Positions 54,754 through 63,998 of a DNA stretch of 64,000 bases are shown here, piece after piece. The translations under genes were made by a program, and so were the position numbers. The DNA lies in contig DATFDL010000776.1 of assembly GCA_035252155.1 (NCBI GenBank), positions 1,392 through 65,391 on the forward strand, read 5' to 3'. Origin of the DNA: Pirellulales bacterium (GTDB taxonomy: Bacteria; Planctomycetota; Planctomycetia; Pirellulales; JAICIG01). Every line of letters begins with the position of its first letter. Position 1 is the first letter of the stretch. Below the pieces are notes generated by a model. The model made no database searches and had not been told where the DNA came from. It was given only the letters and a program-made list of their open reading frames with translations.

Positions 54754-55736
54754 TGACTCAGAATGCGCGGCTGTTGCTTCGGGCGTTTCTACCGGCAGTG
54801 CTTTGCGGTCGCATCATCCTGGCCGACGAGCCGCCTGCCGAAACTCCGGCGGCCGATGCGAAACCGGCGGTCTCGCTCGAAGAGCCGACCGGCAAATACA
54901 TCCGCCTGGTTCGCGACGACGACGATCGGCCGATCGAAATGCAAACGGCCATCGTGCGGTTCGCGGCCGACGACGACGTTCGGGCGGGGTTGACGGTCGA
55001 CCTGATTGCCGCGGTCCATATCGGCGAAAAATCGTATTACGAGCGGCTCAACCGCCAGTTCGAAAAATACGATGCCTTGTTGTACGAGCTGGTCGCTCCC
55101 GAAGGCACCCGCGTGCCCAAAGGCGGCGCCAAGAGCAGCCATCCGGTCGGCAAGCTGCAAACCATGATGAAAGACCTGCTCGATCTCGACTTTCAATTGG
55201 ACTATGTCGACTACCACCAGAAGAACTTTGCGCATGCCGACATGTCTCCCGAGCGGTTCGCCAAGTCGATGAACGACCGCGGCGAGAGCATTTGGGCGCT
55301 GGTGTTTCGGATGTTGGGGCAGAGCATTGCGCAAGAGAGCAAGCATGCCGATCGTTCGTTCGACGCCGATTTGCTGCTGGCCTTGTTCGACAAGAACCGC
55401 GCGTTGGCGCTGAAGCGCGTGCTGGCCGAGCAGTTTGAGGACCTGGAAGGAGCGATGAGCGCCTTCAACGGTCCCGACGGCTCGACTTTGATTACCGAGC
55501 GTAATAAACGAGCTTTAGAAGTGCTCGACAAGGAAATCAAGGCGGGCAAGAAGCGGCTAGCCATTTTTTACGGTGCCGGGCACATGCCCGACATGGCCCG
55601 CCGGCTGCTCGACGACTTTCATCTGAAGCCGCGGCAGGAGCAATGGATCACCGCATGGGATCTACACCCGCCCGCCAAGCGCGCGAGGCCCGCGGCGAAG
55701 AAAGCCGCGCCCGAGCCGGCCGGCGCCGCCCGCTAA
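54753..55736 (+). CDS. Secreted TraB/GumN-like family protein
   Basis: Signal-like N-terminus. AAVHIGEKSYYERL...YDALLYELV and AIFYGAGHMPDM resemble the TraB/GumN motifs. Its start overlaps the upstream stop (TGATG). Confidence 0.4.
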   Translation: MTQNARLLLRAFLPAVLCGRIILADEPPAETPAADAKPAVSLEEPTGKYIRLVRDDDDRPIEMQTAIVRFAADDDVRAGLTVDLIAAVHIGEKSYYERLNRQFEKYDALLYELVAPEGTRVPKGGAKSSHPVGKLQTMMKDLLDLDFQLDYVDYHQKNFAHADMSPERFAKSMNDRGESIWALVFRMLGQSIAQESKHADRSFDADLLLALFDKNRALALKRVLAEQFEDLEGAMSAFNGPDGSTLITERNKRALEVLDKEIKAGKKRLAIFYGAGHMPDMARRLLDDFHLKPRQEQWITAWDLHPPAKRARPAAKKAAPEPAGAAR

Positions 55737-55770
55737 ACGCCGCAAACTCTGGGGTCGCCCGGCAGTAGCC

Positions 55771-56016
55771 ATGCTCCGACTTACTCCTCAGCAAATCGCA
55801 GCCGTGGCCTCGAGCGGTGATACCCCGCCGAAATTATTCGATCCAAATACGCGAACGACTTACGTCTTGCTCCGCAAAGACACGTATGACGAGCTGGCCG
55901 CCGGATCGCAGACCGGGGTACAGCGCGTTGCCGCGGCGATCGATTGGGACCGAGCGCAAAGTGCCCTGCGCCCACCCCAAGAATGGTTTGACGGAGACGA
56001 ACCGAAGCCGTTCTGA
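55771..56016 (+). CDS. Hypothetical small protein (81 aa)
   Basis: ORF only; no recognised motif. Confidence 0.3.
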   Translation: MLRLTPQQIAAVASSGDTPPKLFDPNTRTTYVLLRKDTYDELAAGSQTGVQRVAAAIDWDRAQSALRPPQEWFDGDEPKPF

Positions 56017-56058
56017 AGATGTCGGCGGCATGACGCAACTATGAATGTCGAAAAGGCA

Positions 56059-56502
56059 TCATGCCCCGCTGGTGGGCTCTAGCGGCTTATCCGGCTCGCG
56101 ATCTGGGTAAAGCGTGACCCGCAGGGACGCTCCCGCCGCGGCCATTCGGCCGAGCAACTCAGCGGACAACGCTTGGTTGAACGCCCACGGCTCCAGCCCG
56201 CAGTCATAGCCGATGTTGAATTCCCGCCGCGAGCACCCGGCCCAGAGCGACCGTAGCGACTGGGGGAGCCCTTCCACGACGGTGAGCATGGCGGAGATAT
56301 TCGGTTCCGGCTCGGCGTGCTGATCGCGCGTCTCAAAACAGGCGTACCAGAGCCCATCTTCGCCCTGGGTCACGTGGAGGGGCGTGACGCCGGCGGCCTC
56401 GAATGCGGTGGCCAGAGCGGTCAGATCGTCGGCCGATGTGAGATCCAGGTCGGTATTCAGGTAGGTGATGATGCCGTCCACCCGTGCGACCTCCGTCCGC
56501 AA
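56059..56502 (-). CDS. Hypothetical protein (147 aa)
   Basis: High third-position GC supports coding. TTG start. No recognised motif. Confidence 0.35.
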   Translation of the reverse strand: MRTEVARVDGIITYLNTDLDLTSADDLTALATAFEAAGVTPLHVTQGEDGLWYACFETRDQHAEPEPNISAMLTVVEGLPQSLRSLWAGCSRREFNIGYDCGLEPWAFNQALSAELLGRMAAAGASLRVTLYPDREPDKPLEPTSGA

Positions 56503-56605
56503 ACCCCAATGCCCGCAGATTTGCGACCCATCGCGCAGAGCGCAATGGCTACGGTGCGTCCAACGTTACGGGTCCATCGTAATGCAAGCCGCGGGCGATG
56601 GTCAA

Positions 56606-57433
56606 TCAAGCGCCCCGCCACGTCGCGGCCTCCTCACCGTCGAGCCGTAGCGTGAGACACTTGGCGCTGCCGCCGGCTTTGACGAACTCGTCGAGTGGCG
56701 TTTCGCGCGGCTCGAAACCGACGGCGCGCAACTGCCGGTGCAGTTCGCCACAGCCGGCGTTGGTGACAACGGTGCGGCCCACCACCACCGCGTTGCAGGC
56801 AAACCGCCGCGCTTCGTCGTCGTCGACGGGAATCAACTCATCGACGAACTCGCGCAAGGCCCGCAGGCCGTACTCGTCGAAGGCGGGCGGGTAGTAGATC
56901 GCCCGGCCGGGGGCCAACGGGCAGAAACAGGTGTCGAGATGATAGTAATACGGATCGACCAGCTCCAGCGGAATGACGCGGCAAGCCAGGCGTTCGCCGA
57001 TCTGCTGGTGCCCGCGGGCGTCGCTACGAATGCGATAGCCGGCGAACAAGGTGTCGCCGCAGAACAACGCATCGCCCGCTCCCTCGAAGTACACATCGTC
57101 GGGCACGCGCTCGACATCGTAGCCCTGGGCTGTCAGCCAGGCTTCGTCGAACGGCTCTTCGCCCTGGCGCTGCGGATGCCGGAAATGAGCCAGCACCGCC
57201 CGCCGCCGATAGATCAGGGCGGCGTTGGCCGTGAACACCAGATCGGGCAGACCTTTCACCGGTTCGAGCGTCGAGATGCGCGCCCCCGAATCTTCGAGCA
57301 ACGTGCGCAGCGCGGTCCATTGTTGCACCGCCAGCGAGTGATCGCTCTGCCGCTGGCGATTCATCCAGGGATTGATTTCGTACTCGATCCCGTAGTAATC
57401 GGGCGGGCACATCAAAAGATGCGGCTCGGTCAT
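56606..57433 (-). CDS. Guanidino-group-modifying enzyme (amidinotransferase/DDAH/arginine dihydrolase-like)
   Basis: MCPPDYYGIEYEINPWM, FTANAALI, YFEGAGDALF, HLDTCFCPL and the C-terminal catalytic-type Cys in GGSAKCLTLRL. Confidence 0.7.
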   Translation of the reverse strand: MTEPHLLMCPPDYYGIEYEINPWMNRQRQSDHSLAVQQWTALRTLLEDSGARISTLEPVKGLPDLVFTANAALIYRRRAVLAHFRHPQRQGEEPFDEAWLTAQGYDVERVPDDVYFEGAGDALFCGDTLFAGYRIRSDARGHQQIGERLACRVIPLELVDPYYYHLDTCFCPLAPGRAIYYPPAFDEYGLRALREFVDELIPVDDDEARRFACNAVVVGRTVVTNAGCGELHRQLRAVGFEPRETPLDEFVKAGGSAKCLTLRLDGEEAATWRGA

Positions 57434-58680
57434 GGCGACGGCGCGTGCTCCAACTCCAATACCAGAGATCGCAAAAACGGCTCGACGTCGGTCACCAGCC
57501 CGACCGTTTGAAACGAGCCGCGGTCGTTCAGCTTGATCACGGTCGAAGGGTTGATGTCGACACAGACCACCTTCACCCAGGCGGGCAGCAGGTTGCCCAC
57601 GGCGATCGAGTGCAGCGTGGTGGCGATCATCAGGCAGAACGTCACGCCGCGCAGCAGCCGCCGCATCTCACGCTGGGCCACCAGCACGTCGGTGATGACT
57701 TCGGGCAGCGGCCCGTCGTCACGGATGCTGCCGGCCAACACAAAATCGACGTTGTTTCGTACGCACTCGTACATGATGCCAGAGGTGAGCGCTCCGGTTT
57801 CGACGGCCCGGCGAATGCCGCCCAGCCGCCGGATGCGGTTGATCGCCCGCAGATGATGCTCGTGCCCTTCCTCGGTCGGAATGCCGCGTTCCATGTGGAT
57901 GCCCAAGCTGGTGCCGAAGAGCGATTGCTCAATGTCGTGCGTGGCCAGGGCGTTTCCGGCGAACAGCACGTGAAGGTAGCCCTGGCGAATCAGATGGCAG
58001 AGATGTTGGGTGCTGCCGGTGTGTACGATGGCCGGGCCGCCGACCAGCAGCACGCGACCGTTCGAGCCGCGCGTGCGCTGCAGTTCGCGGGCAATCTCGC
58101 GGACTGCCAGCCCTTTGGGTTTTTCGGTCGAAACGGCGCTGCCCATGAACTCGAACATCTGGCGTTCGGTGGCCCGCTGCTCGGGAAAGACCTTCACTCC
58201 GGCGTGGCCCACCACCAGTTGGTCGCCGGTGCGAACCTCGCACATCGGCACGCACCGCGCCTGCCGCGCGGCCGGCTCGACCAGCACGCCGCAATCCATC
58301 TCTTGATCGTCGACGGAAATCCATTGACCATCGAGCCGGATTTCGGTGCGCTGATTTGTCGTACTATAAAAACCTTCGGGGAAGGCGCCATCCATATCGG
58401 CGGCCACCAGGCGGCAGTCTTGCGTGGCGGTGGGCACGGCGCCGTGATCGGCGATCTGATCGAGGATGTCGCGCAGTTGCTCTTCGCTGGCGGCCGAGAC
58501 TTCGACCACGGCGTGACTGGGGTCGCTGCGGGCCTGCCCGATGGCGATTTTTTGAATCCGAAACGCACCGCCGCGGCTGGTGATGACGTCGAGCACCTTG
58601 GGCAGGATCAAGCTGTCGATGATATGCCCGCGAATCTCGACGGTTTGCACGTGTCGTTGAGTTTCGCTGTGGGCGGCCAT
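57430..58680 (-). CDS. LOR/SDH-like (TIGR00300-type) protein, possible ornithine cyclodeaminase-type enzyme
   Basis: VEIRGHIIDSLILPKVLDVI N-terminus and GRVLLVGGPAIVHTGS...LFAGNALATHDIE Rossmann-like part, as I recall for this family. 4-nt overlap with the downstream gene. Confidence 0.6.
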   Translation of the reverse strand: MAAHSETQRHVQTVEIRGHIIDSLILPKVLDVITSRGGAFRIQKIAIGQARSDPSHAVVEVSAASEEQLRDILDQIADHGAVPTATQDCRLVAADMDGAFPEGFYSTTNQRTEIRLDGQWISVDDQEMDCGVLVEPAARQARCVPMCEVRTGDQLVVGHAGVKVFPEQRATERQMFEFMGSAVSTEKPKGLAVREIARELQRTRGSNGRVLLVGGPAIVHTGSTQHLCHLIRQGYLHVLFAGNALATHDIEQSLFGTSLGIHMERGIPTEEGHEHHLRAINRIRRLGGIRRAVETGALTSGIMYECVRNNVDFVLAGSIRDDGPLPEVITDVLVAQREMRRLLRGVTFCLMIATTLHSIAVGNLLPAWVKVVCVDINPSTVIKLNDRGSFQTVGLVTDVEPFLRSLVLELEHAPSP

Positions 58681-58908
58681 CCGGTGTCCTCCGTGCTTAG
58701 GGGCGGAATGATAGGCGGGGTGAAACGTATCTGCGAGCGTCGGTCAATTCCACCAGCAACATTCTATGCCGGGGCGCCGCCATCGGCCAAGCTCAAGCCG
58801 CCGGATGGACGTTATCGCCCCAGGCATCGGTTAACCGACCACCATGACCGAAATGGCGATGAAGGGCTCGCGATTGACTAGCTCCGCAATGCAGCCGATA
58901 ATTTCGGT

Positions 58909-59115
58909 ATGAACATTGAAGTGGCAAGCGCCGATCCTGAAATCCTCGCCGACGCGCTGGCGATCATCGAAGCTCTCACGTCAGGGAGCCCGCCCGATCC
59001 AATGGTCATCCGGCGCGTTCGGGCACGTTCAGAAGTAATCTGCGAGCGCATCCTGCGAGAGCATGGACTTCTCGACATCGCTGTACCGGCGATTCGTGAA
59101 TTCCGAGATCGATGA
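58909..59115 (+). CDS. Small antitoxin-like protein (68 aa)
   Basis: It lies immediately upstream of the PIN remnant with an ATGA overlap. No family recognised. Confidence 0.35.
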   Translation: MNIEVASADPEILADALAIIEALTSGSPPDPMVIRRVRARSEVICERILREHGLLDIAVPAIREFRDR

Positions 59116-59321
59116 AGTACGTTTTGGATTCGCCAAAATTTTTTTCACATCTTTCCCTGATGCCGGATGCGATCCAATTGTCGTCTCAGGTCCGGATCGG
59201 CGTCTACGATTGTCTCTACGTGGCCTTGGCCGAACGAGAACAGTGCCGCGTTGCCACGGCCGATCATCGATTACTGCATTCGTTCCCCGCGCATACGATT
59301 GCTCTCGCCTCAATCCCGTAG
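59112..59321 (+). pseudogene. Internally truncated PIN (VapC-like) remnant, 69 aa
   Basis: It starts MKYVLDS (typical VapC N-terminus) and ends ...VYDCLYVALAEREQCRVATADHRLL (typical VapC C-terminal half). About 60 residues expected between them are absent. Confidence 0.5.
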
Positions 59322-59350
59322 GTGTCGCTCTCAGAGTGCCACGGGCTGAC

Positions 59351-60313
59351 TTACTTCACGCCACAGGCCCGTTGCGCGCGGAGCAAGACCTCGCCGGCTT
59401 TTTTTCGGGCGCGGGCGGCGCCGTCGGCCAAAATGGCCCGCACTTGGTCGGGCTGCGCGGCCAACTCGGCCCGTCTGCGGCGCGGCTCGGCCAAGAACCG
59501 CTCGGCCACGTCGGCCAGGGCCTGCTTGATCTCGCCATAGCCGAAACCGCCGCGGCGATACAAGGCCGCCATTTCGGTCCGCTCGGCGTCGCCGGCGAAG
59601 AGCGAATAAAGCTGAAACAGATGATCGCCCTCGGGCTCCTTGGGCTGATCCATCGGACGCGAATCGGTGACGATCCGCATGATCTTTTTGCGCAGGGCCT
59701 TGGCTTCCTCGAACAACTCCAGCGTGTTGTTGTAGCTCTTCGACATTTTTTCACCGTCGGTGCCCGGCACCTTGGCGGCGGCCGGCAGCACCTTGCCTTT
59801 GGGCATGACGAAGGTCTCGCCAAACTGGTGATTGAAGCTGCCGGCCAGGTCGCGACAGACCTCGATGTGCTGAAGTTGATCTTCACCCACCGGCACGATG
59901 TCGGCGTCGTAGATCAGAATGTCGGCGGCCATGAGCACGGGATACATAAACAGGCCGGCGTCGGCCGCCAGCCCTTTGGCCTTTTTGTCTTTGTAGGCGT
60001 GGCACCGTTCGAGCAGGCCCAGGGGCGCGCCGGTCATCAACAGCCAGCACAGCTCGCTGGCTTCGGGCACATCCGACTGCACAAACAGCGTGGCCCGACG
60101 CGGATCGAGCCCCAAGGCAAGCAGGTCCAGCGCGGCTTCGTGCGTGTATTCGGCCAGCAGCTTCGGATCGCGAACCGTGGTCAACGCATGCAGATTGGCG
60201 ATGAAGTAATACGCCTCGTTATCGTTCTGCAGGTCAATGTATTGCCGGATGGCGCCGAAATAGTTTCCCCAATGGAAACGGCCCGTCGGTTGGATGCCGG
60301 AGAGAACTCTCAT
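59351..60313 (-). CDS. trpS: Tryptophan--tRNA ligase
   Basis: SGIQPTGRFHWGNYFGAI and KMSKS motifs. Start trimmed to ATG 60313; the track ORF begins at a TTG inside the repeat. Confidence 0.9.
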   Translation of the reverse strand: MRVLSGIQPTGRFHWGNYFGAIRQYIDLQNDNEAYYFIANLHALTTVRDPKLLAEYTHEAALDLLALGLDPRRATLFVQSDVPEASELCWLLMTGAPLGLLERCHAYKDKKAKGLAADAGLFMYPVLMAADILIYDADIVPVGEDQLQHIEVCRDLAGSFNHQFGETFVMPKGKVLPAAAKVPGTDGEKMSKSYNNTLELFEEAKALRKKIMRIVTDSRPMDQPKEPEGDHLFQLYSLFAGDAERTEMAALYRRGGFGYGEIKQALADVAERFLAEPRRRRAELAAQPDQVRAILADGAARARKKAGEVLLRAQRACGVK

Positions 60314-60318
60314 AGAGG

Positions 60319-60440
60319 TCGGGGGTCGGGGGTCAGGATTCAGGGAAGAGGCTGGGGACTCGGGGCTCGGGGATAGGGATTTGTTCTCCAACCCCAAGCC
60401 TTGGTTCCCTAGACCCTAGCCCCGAGTCCCTAGCCCCTCT
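60319..60440. repeat. G-rich/C-rich armed palindromic element (GGGGCT/GGGACT units)
   Basis: GGGGGTCGGGGGTCAGG...GGCTGGGGACTCGGGGCTCGGGGATAGGGA - loop - TCCCTAGACCCTAGCCCCGAGTCCCTAGCCCC. It covers the last ~35 codons of pyrD and the trpS leader. Confidence 0.75.
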
Positions 60441-61343
60441 GCCCAACGTGCCGACGATCTCACGGACAGACTGAGCCCCGAGTTCGACAAGGGCCGAAGG
60501 GAGACCATCGAGGATTTCCATTGAGGCTTTCGGTCGGTAGTAGTTTACCGTGCCAAGTTGCACGGCCGTGGCGCCGGTCACCAAGAATTCCATCACGTCG
60601 TCGAGCGTGGCGATACCGCCGATGCCGATCACGGGCGTCGCCACGGCCCGAGCGACCTGGTAAACCGCCCGCAATGCGATGGGTTTGATGGCCGGGCCGC
60701 TCAGACCGCCCAGTACATTGCCCAGCAGCGGACGTCGCCGCCGCCAGTCGACGGCCATGCCCAGGCAGGTGTTGATGAGCGAGATGGCGTCGGCGCCGCC
60801 TTCCTCGGCGGCCTTGGCCATCGCGGCGATGTCGGTGACGTTGGGCGTCAATTTGGCGATCACCGGCAGCGAGCAGGCCGCACGAACGCCGGCCACCACG
60901 CCGCGGCACATCTCGCGGTCGGTGCCAAAGTCAACTCCGCCGCTCACATTGGGGCATGAGATATTCAGTTCAATCCCCGCCACGCCCGGCGCGCTGTCGA
61001 GCCGCCGGGCAAGCTCGACAAACTCTGCTTGGCTGCGGCCCGCAATGCTGACGACGATCGGCGCCCCGACCGACCTCAGATACAGCAGATGGTGGCTGAT
61101 GAACGCCTCGATGCCGTCGTTATCCAGGCCGATCGAGTTGAGCATGCCAGCCGCCGTCTCGACCGTCCGCCAGGGAGCGTTGCCGAGCCGCGGCTCTTTG
61201 GTAATGGTCTTCGGCAGAATGGCCCCCAGCCGCCGCAGATCGACCAGGCCCTGCATTTCGCGCGCGTAGCCGAACGTGCCCGACGCCACCATGATCGGGT
61301 TGGCGAGATGCAATCTGCCTAGTTGAACGGAGAGGTCGGGCAT
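60333..61343 (-). CDS. pyrD: Dihydroorotate dehydrogenase, class 1 catalytic subunit
   Basis: [23 protein letters not shown] and [14 protein letters not shown] motifs. The C-terminal ~35 aa are encoded by the palindromic repeat. Confidence 0.85.
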   Translation of the reverse strand: MPDLSVQLGRLHLANPIMVASGTFGYAREMQGLVDLRRLGAILPKTITKEPRLGNAPWRTVETAAGMLNSIGLDNDGIEAFISHHLLYLRSVGAPIVVSIAGRSQAEFVELARRLDSAPGVAGIELNISCPNVSGGVDFGTDREMCRGVVAGVRAACSLPVIAKLTPNVTDIAAMAKAAEEGGADAISLINTCLGMAVDWRRRRPLLGNVLGGLSGPAIKPIALRAVYQVARAVATPVIGIGGIATLDDVMEFLVTGATAVQLGTVNYYRPKASMEILDGLPSALVELGAQSVREIVGTLGRGARDSGLGSREPRLGVGEQIPIPEPRVPSLFPES

Positions 61344-61533
61344 GGAGCGTCCGGTGTTGTCCCCGGTTGCATGTTAGCCGCGCGGACGCCCGTGGGGGAG
61401 AGGGGGACTCAGGGAGACGCGGGGACACGGAGAAGCGGAGATATGAACTTCTCCCATCACCCCCTATTTCGCGTCTAGTTGTCGGGCGCAGGGCGCACCA
61501 TCAGCGCCCGCATTCAAACAGCGACGGCTTCGA

Positions 61534-61752
61534 TTAGATAATTCCGCCGTGCGTGCGGTATGGCGTCAGATGGCTCGGCATGTCGAGCATCCAGATGCGC
61601 TCCCAATCGTCGAGCAAGTGACGCAGGTCTTCCGATGACCAGATCAATTGCTGCGCGCGGCGCACCGGATCGGCCGAGTACGCCGGGACGATGCATCCCA
61701 GACTCGGGGCGATCGACAAGCCAAGCAAAACTGCCAACAGCAGATTGCGCAT
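61534..61752 (-). CDS. Small secreted protein or possible lipoprotein (72 aa)
   Basis: MRNLLLAVLLGLSIAPSLGC signal with Cys. Start trimmed to ATG 61752. Confidence 0.4.
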   Translation of the reverse strand: MRNLLLAVLLGLSIAPSLGCIVPAYSADPVRRAQQLIWSSEDLRHLLDDWERIWMLDMPSHLTPYRTHGGII

Positions 61753-61981
61753 TGACCCAACTCCTACCTGAGACAACTGCCCGCCGCCCAAATCCGTAAA
61801 GGCGCGTAGCGTCGTCGGCCGTGCCGCGCGGGCCGAAAGGCCAACGGCGGCAACCCTCAAATGGTGATTCTTGTTTCGTCGCGTGACATGCTCAAAGCCG
61901 GCTGGGCACCGACTCTGATCGCGGGATGGGGGGGCGACGTGTGATCGCCGGGCGATACTGTGGACTCAGTGAGCCGTGACA

Positions 61982-62425
61982 TCAGTCGCCAGGCTCGTCG
62001 TTTCTGCCGTAAGTTGCTTGTGCGCCAAGTGGTTCAGGTGTTCGGTCGATGTGTGCCGCGGGCTGCGAGTTGCCCGGTGGGGCGGCATGCTGGGCAGTGT
62101 GCTGTGCGGCGGCGTGCTGGGCGGCTGCCGCGGCGGCGGCCCGGCGTTCTAGTTCGCGGACCCGCTCTTCCATTTCCTTGCCCGGCTTAAACGTAACCAC
62201 GTATTTCTCGGGCACATAGACCTTGTCGCCGGTGCGTGGGTTGCGAGCCTTGCGTGCCGCCCGCTTCTTCACCTCGAAGACACCGAAGTTTCGCAGCTCA
62301 ATCCGTTTCTCTTCGACCAGGGTTTCGACGATGGCATCAAAGGTCTTTTGGACGATCTCCTTGGTCTTCAACTGCGTCAGCCCGATTTCGTCCGAGATGG
62401 TTTTGACGATTTCTTTTTTGGTCAC
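61982..62425 (-). CDS. HU/IHF-family DNA-binding protein with Ala/Gln/His-rich C-terminal tail
   Basis: [18 protein letters not shown]...[36 protein letters not shown] (HU/IHF arm), plus a tail of about 55 aa [22 protein letters not shown]... Confidence 0.85.
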   Translation of the reverse strand: MTKKEIVKTISDEIGLTQLKTKEIVQKTFDAIVETLVEEKRIELRNFGVFEVKKRAARKARNPRTGDKVYVPEKYVVTFKPGKEMEERVRELERRAAAAAAAQHAAAQHTAQHAAPPGNSQPAAHIDRTPEPLGAQATYGRNDEPGD

Positions 62426-62495
62426 GGCTCGGCTCTCCTAGAGAGTTGGAGGTACGGCCTGCGCGACCGGCCTCCGGGTAACACTTGACGCTCCA

Positions 62496-62524
62496 AGTGT
62501 AAATGCCATAAGCACTAGTGTCAA
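62496..62524 (-). promoter_or_regulatory. Putative sigma70-type promoter for the HU/IHF gene
   Basis: The minus strand reads TTGACA - 17 nt - TACACT, about 70 nt upstream of the start. The inverted repeat ACACTTG-N6-CAAGTGT (62481..62500) overlaps the -10 region. Confidence 0.35.
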
Positions 62525-62724
62525 GGGCACCCACCGTAACCCAGCATGATGTCCGCCGGCTTATCGCAGCCGCGGGGGCTGCTGTCGCACGAATAAGCGA
62601 TGCCGAAGGCGCCTCTGGCCGGTCGAACCAGGGTCTGCAATATCCGAGTTGTCAAAGAGCTTGATTCCGCCAGCCACGATATCGGCGGTGCGACCGGCAA
62701 ACTCCAGCCAAAACAGAAAAATCG

Positions 62725-63141
62725 TCAAACTCGGATGACGCGGACCTGGCTGACGATCTGTTCGACGGTGAAAAGCTGCCCGCGGCCGCTGCCTGGGCAA
62801 ACGGCGCAAGTATGCCGCCAGTCTTCCTCGCTTCGCACGTTCGAGTCCCAAAATGGCCAGGTGCGGCACTGGCGAGGGCGGGCTTCATATACCTTGCAGC
62901 GGCGGGTTTCGCCGTCGAAGAACACGCAATCGCCGTTGTCGAATTCGACCAAAGTGCGGCGGACCCCCACGCGGCGGACGTACTTGCGCTCGAACTCTTC
63001 GACCGACACCCCGATTTTTGCCGCCAGGGCGTCGATCTCTTCCTGATTTACCCAAACGTAGCCGGGCGCCCCGGTGCAGCAGTCGCCGCAGCCGGTACAC
63101 TCGAACCGCAGGCCATCCTTAAACCAAGGCTCTTTGCTCAT
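62725..63141 (-). CDS. YkgJ-family cysteine-cluster protein (UPF0153)
   Basis: FECTGCGDCCTG (CxxCxxCC), plus later Cys residues RRCKVYEARPRQCRTWPFW. Start trimmed to ATG 63141. Confidence 0.75.
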   Translation of the reverse strand: MSKEPWFKDGLRFECTGCGDCCTGAPGYVWVNQEEIDALAAKIGVSVEEFERKYVRRVGVRRTLVEFDNGDCVFFDGETRRCKVYEARPRQCRTWPFWDSNVRSEEDWRHTCAVCPGSGRGQLFTVEQIVSQVRVIRV

Positions 63142-63374
63142 GCCTCTTTTGTACCCGCCGATGGCGACTCGAACAATCGAGAGAGGACAGCAGCCGGGGG
63201 CGGCGCCGTCGCGAGACTGACCAGCACGCCTGCGATTAGCGAAGCAGTCCGTCCCCAAATCACCGGGTCGAGGCCCAACAAGTAATAGGGCCGAAAGCGG
63301 GCGAGTTGCCCGATCATCGGGTCGAGCGTCTCGCCGGTCGTCAGATAAACCAGCAAAGACCGATATCGCATGAC

Positions 63375-63998
63375 TTAAACTGACAACGCTGCCAGTTGAC
63401 GTCGTGCTTCCGCGGCAAGCGGGTCTTCGGGCGCCAGACGGATGCATTGTTCAAAGGCGGCACTCGCCTCCGCGCGTTCGCCGGTGTTGGAAAGCGCGTA
63501 TCCAAGTGAAAGCTGCGTGACTGCCGAGGCGGGCCGCTCGCATAAGGACGTCCGAAGCTCGCCCGCGGCTTCCTGAAAGCGGCCGCTGCGCAACAGCACC
63601 GTGCCCAAGTTATGATGTGCCGCGGCATTGGCCGGCTGCCGATGGACCAGCTCGCGCAAGGCCTGCTCGGCTTCGACGAAATCACTGCGATCGAAGAGCA
63701 ACCGGCAAAGTTCGTCCAGCGGCGCAAGCTCGTCGGGACATTCCTTAGTCGCGCGCCGGCAGATCTCTAGCGCGGCGTCCGCTCGTCCGGAGGCTTCCAC
63801 CGCCCGAGCCGCCAGCGCCTGGGCCAAGCCGCGAAGTTGTGGCTGGCGAGCCAACAGTTGATGGGCTACCTGCTCGGCATCCGACCAGCGGCCCTGCGAT
63901 ATAAGGTTTTCCACGAGCCCCCGCCAACCGTCGCGATAGCCGGGCACTTCTTCGATGATCCGCCGCCATTGGGCCTTCGCCTTCGCCAGCGCACCCAT
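63375..63998 (-). CDS. TPR-repeat protein, C-terminal part; probably continues beyond the right edge
   Basis: Repeated 34-aa-like helices (AHHNLGTVLLRSGRFQEAAGELRTSL; LSLGYALSNTGERAEASAAFEQCIRL). The frame is open to the window end. Confidence 0.6.
   Translation of the reverse strand: MGALAKAKAQWRRIIEEVPGYRDGWRGLVENLISQGRWSDAEQVAHQLLARQPQLRGLAQALAARAVEASGRADAALEICRRATKECPDELAPLDELCRLLFDRSDFVEAEQALRELVHRQPANAAAHHNLGTVLLRSGRFQEAAGELRTSLCERPASAVTQLSLGYALSNTGERAEASAAFEQCIRLAPEDPLAAEARRQLAALSV

Noticed and set aside
57445-58881. 478-aa plus-strand ORF
   Set aside because: It is antisense to the LOR/SDH-like gene, with low-complexity composition.
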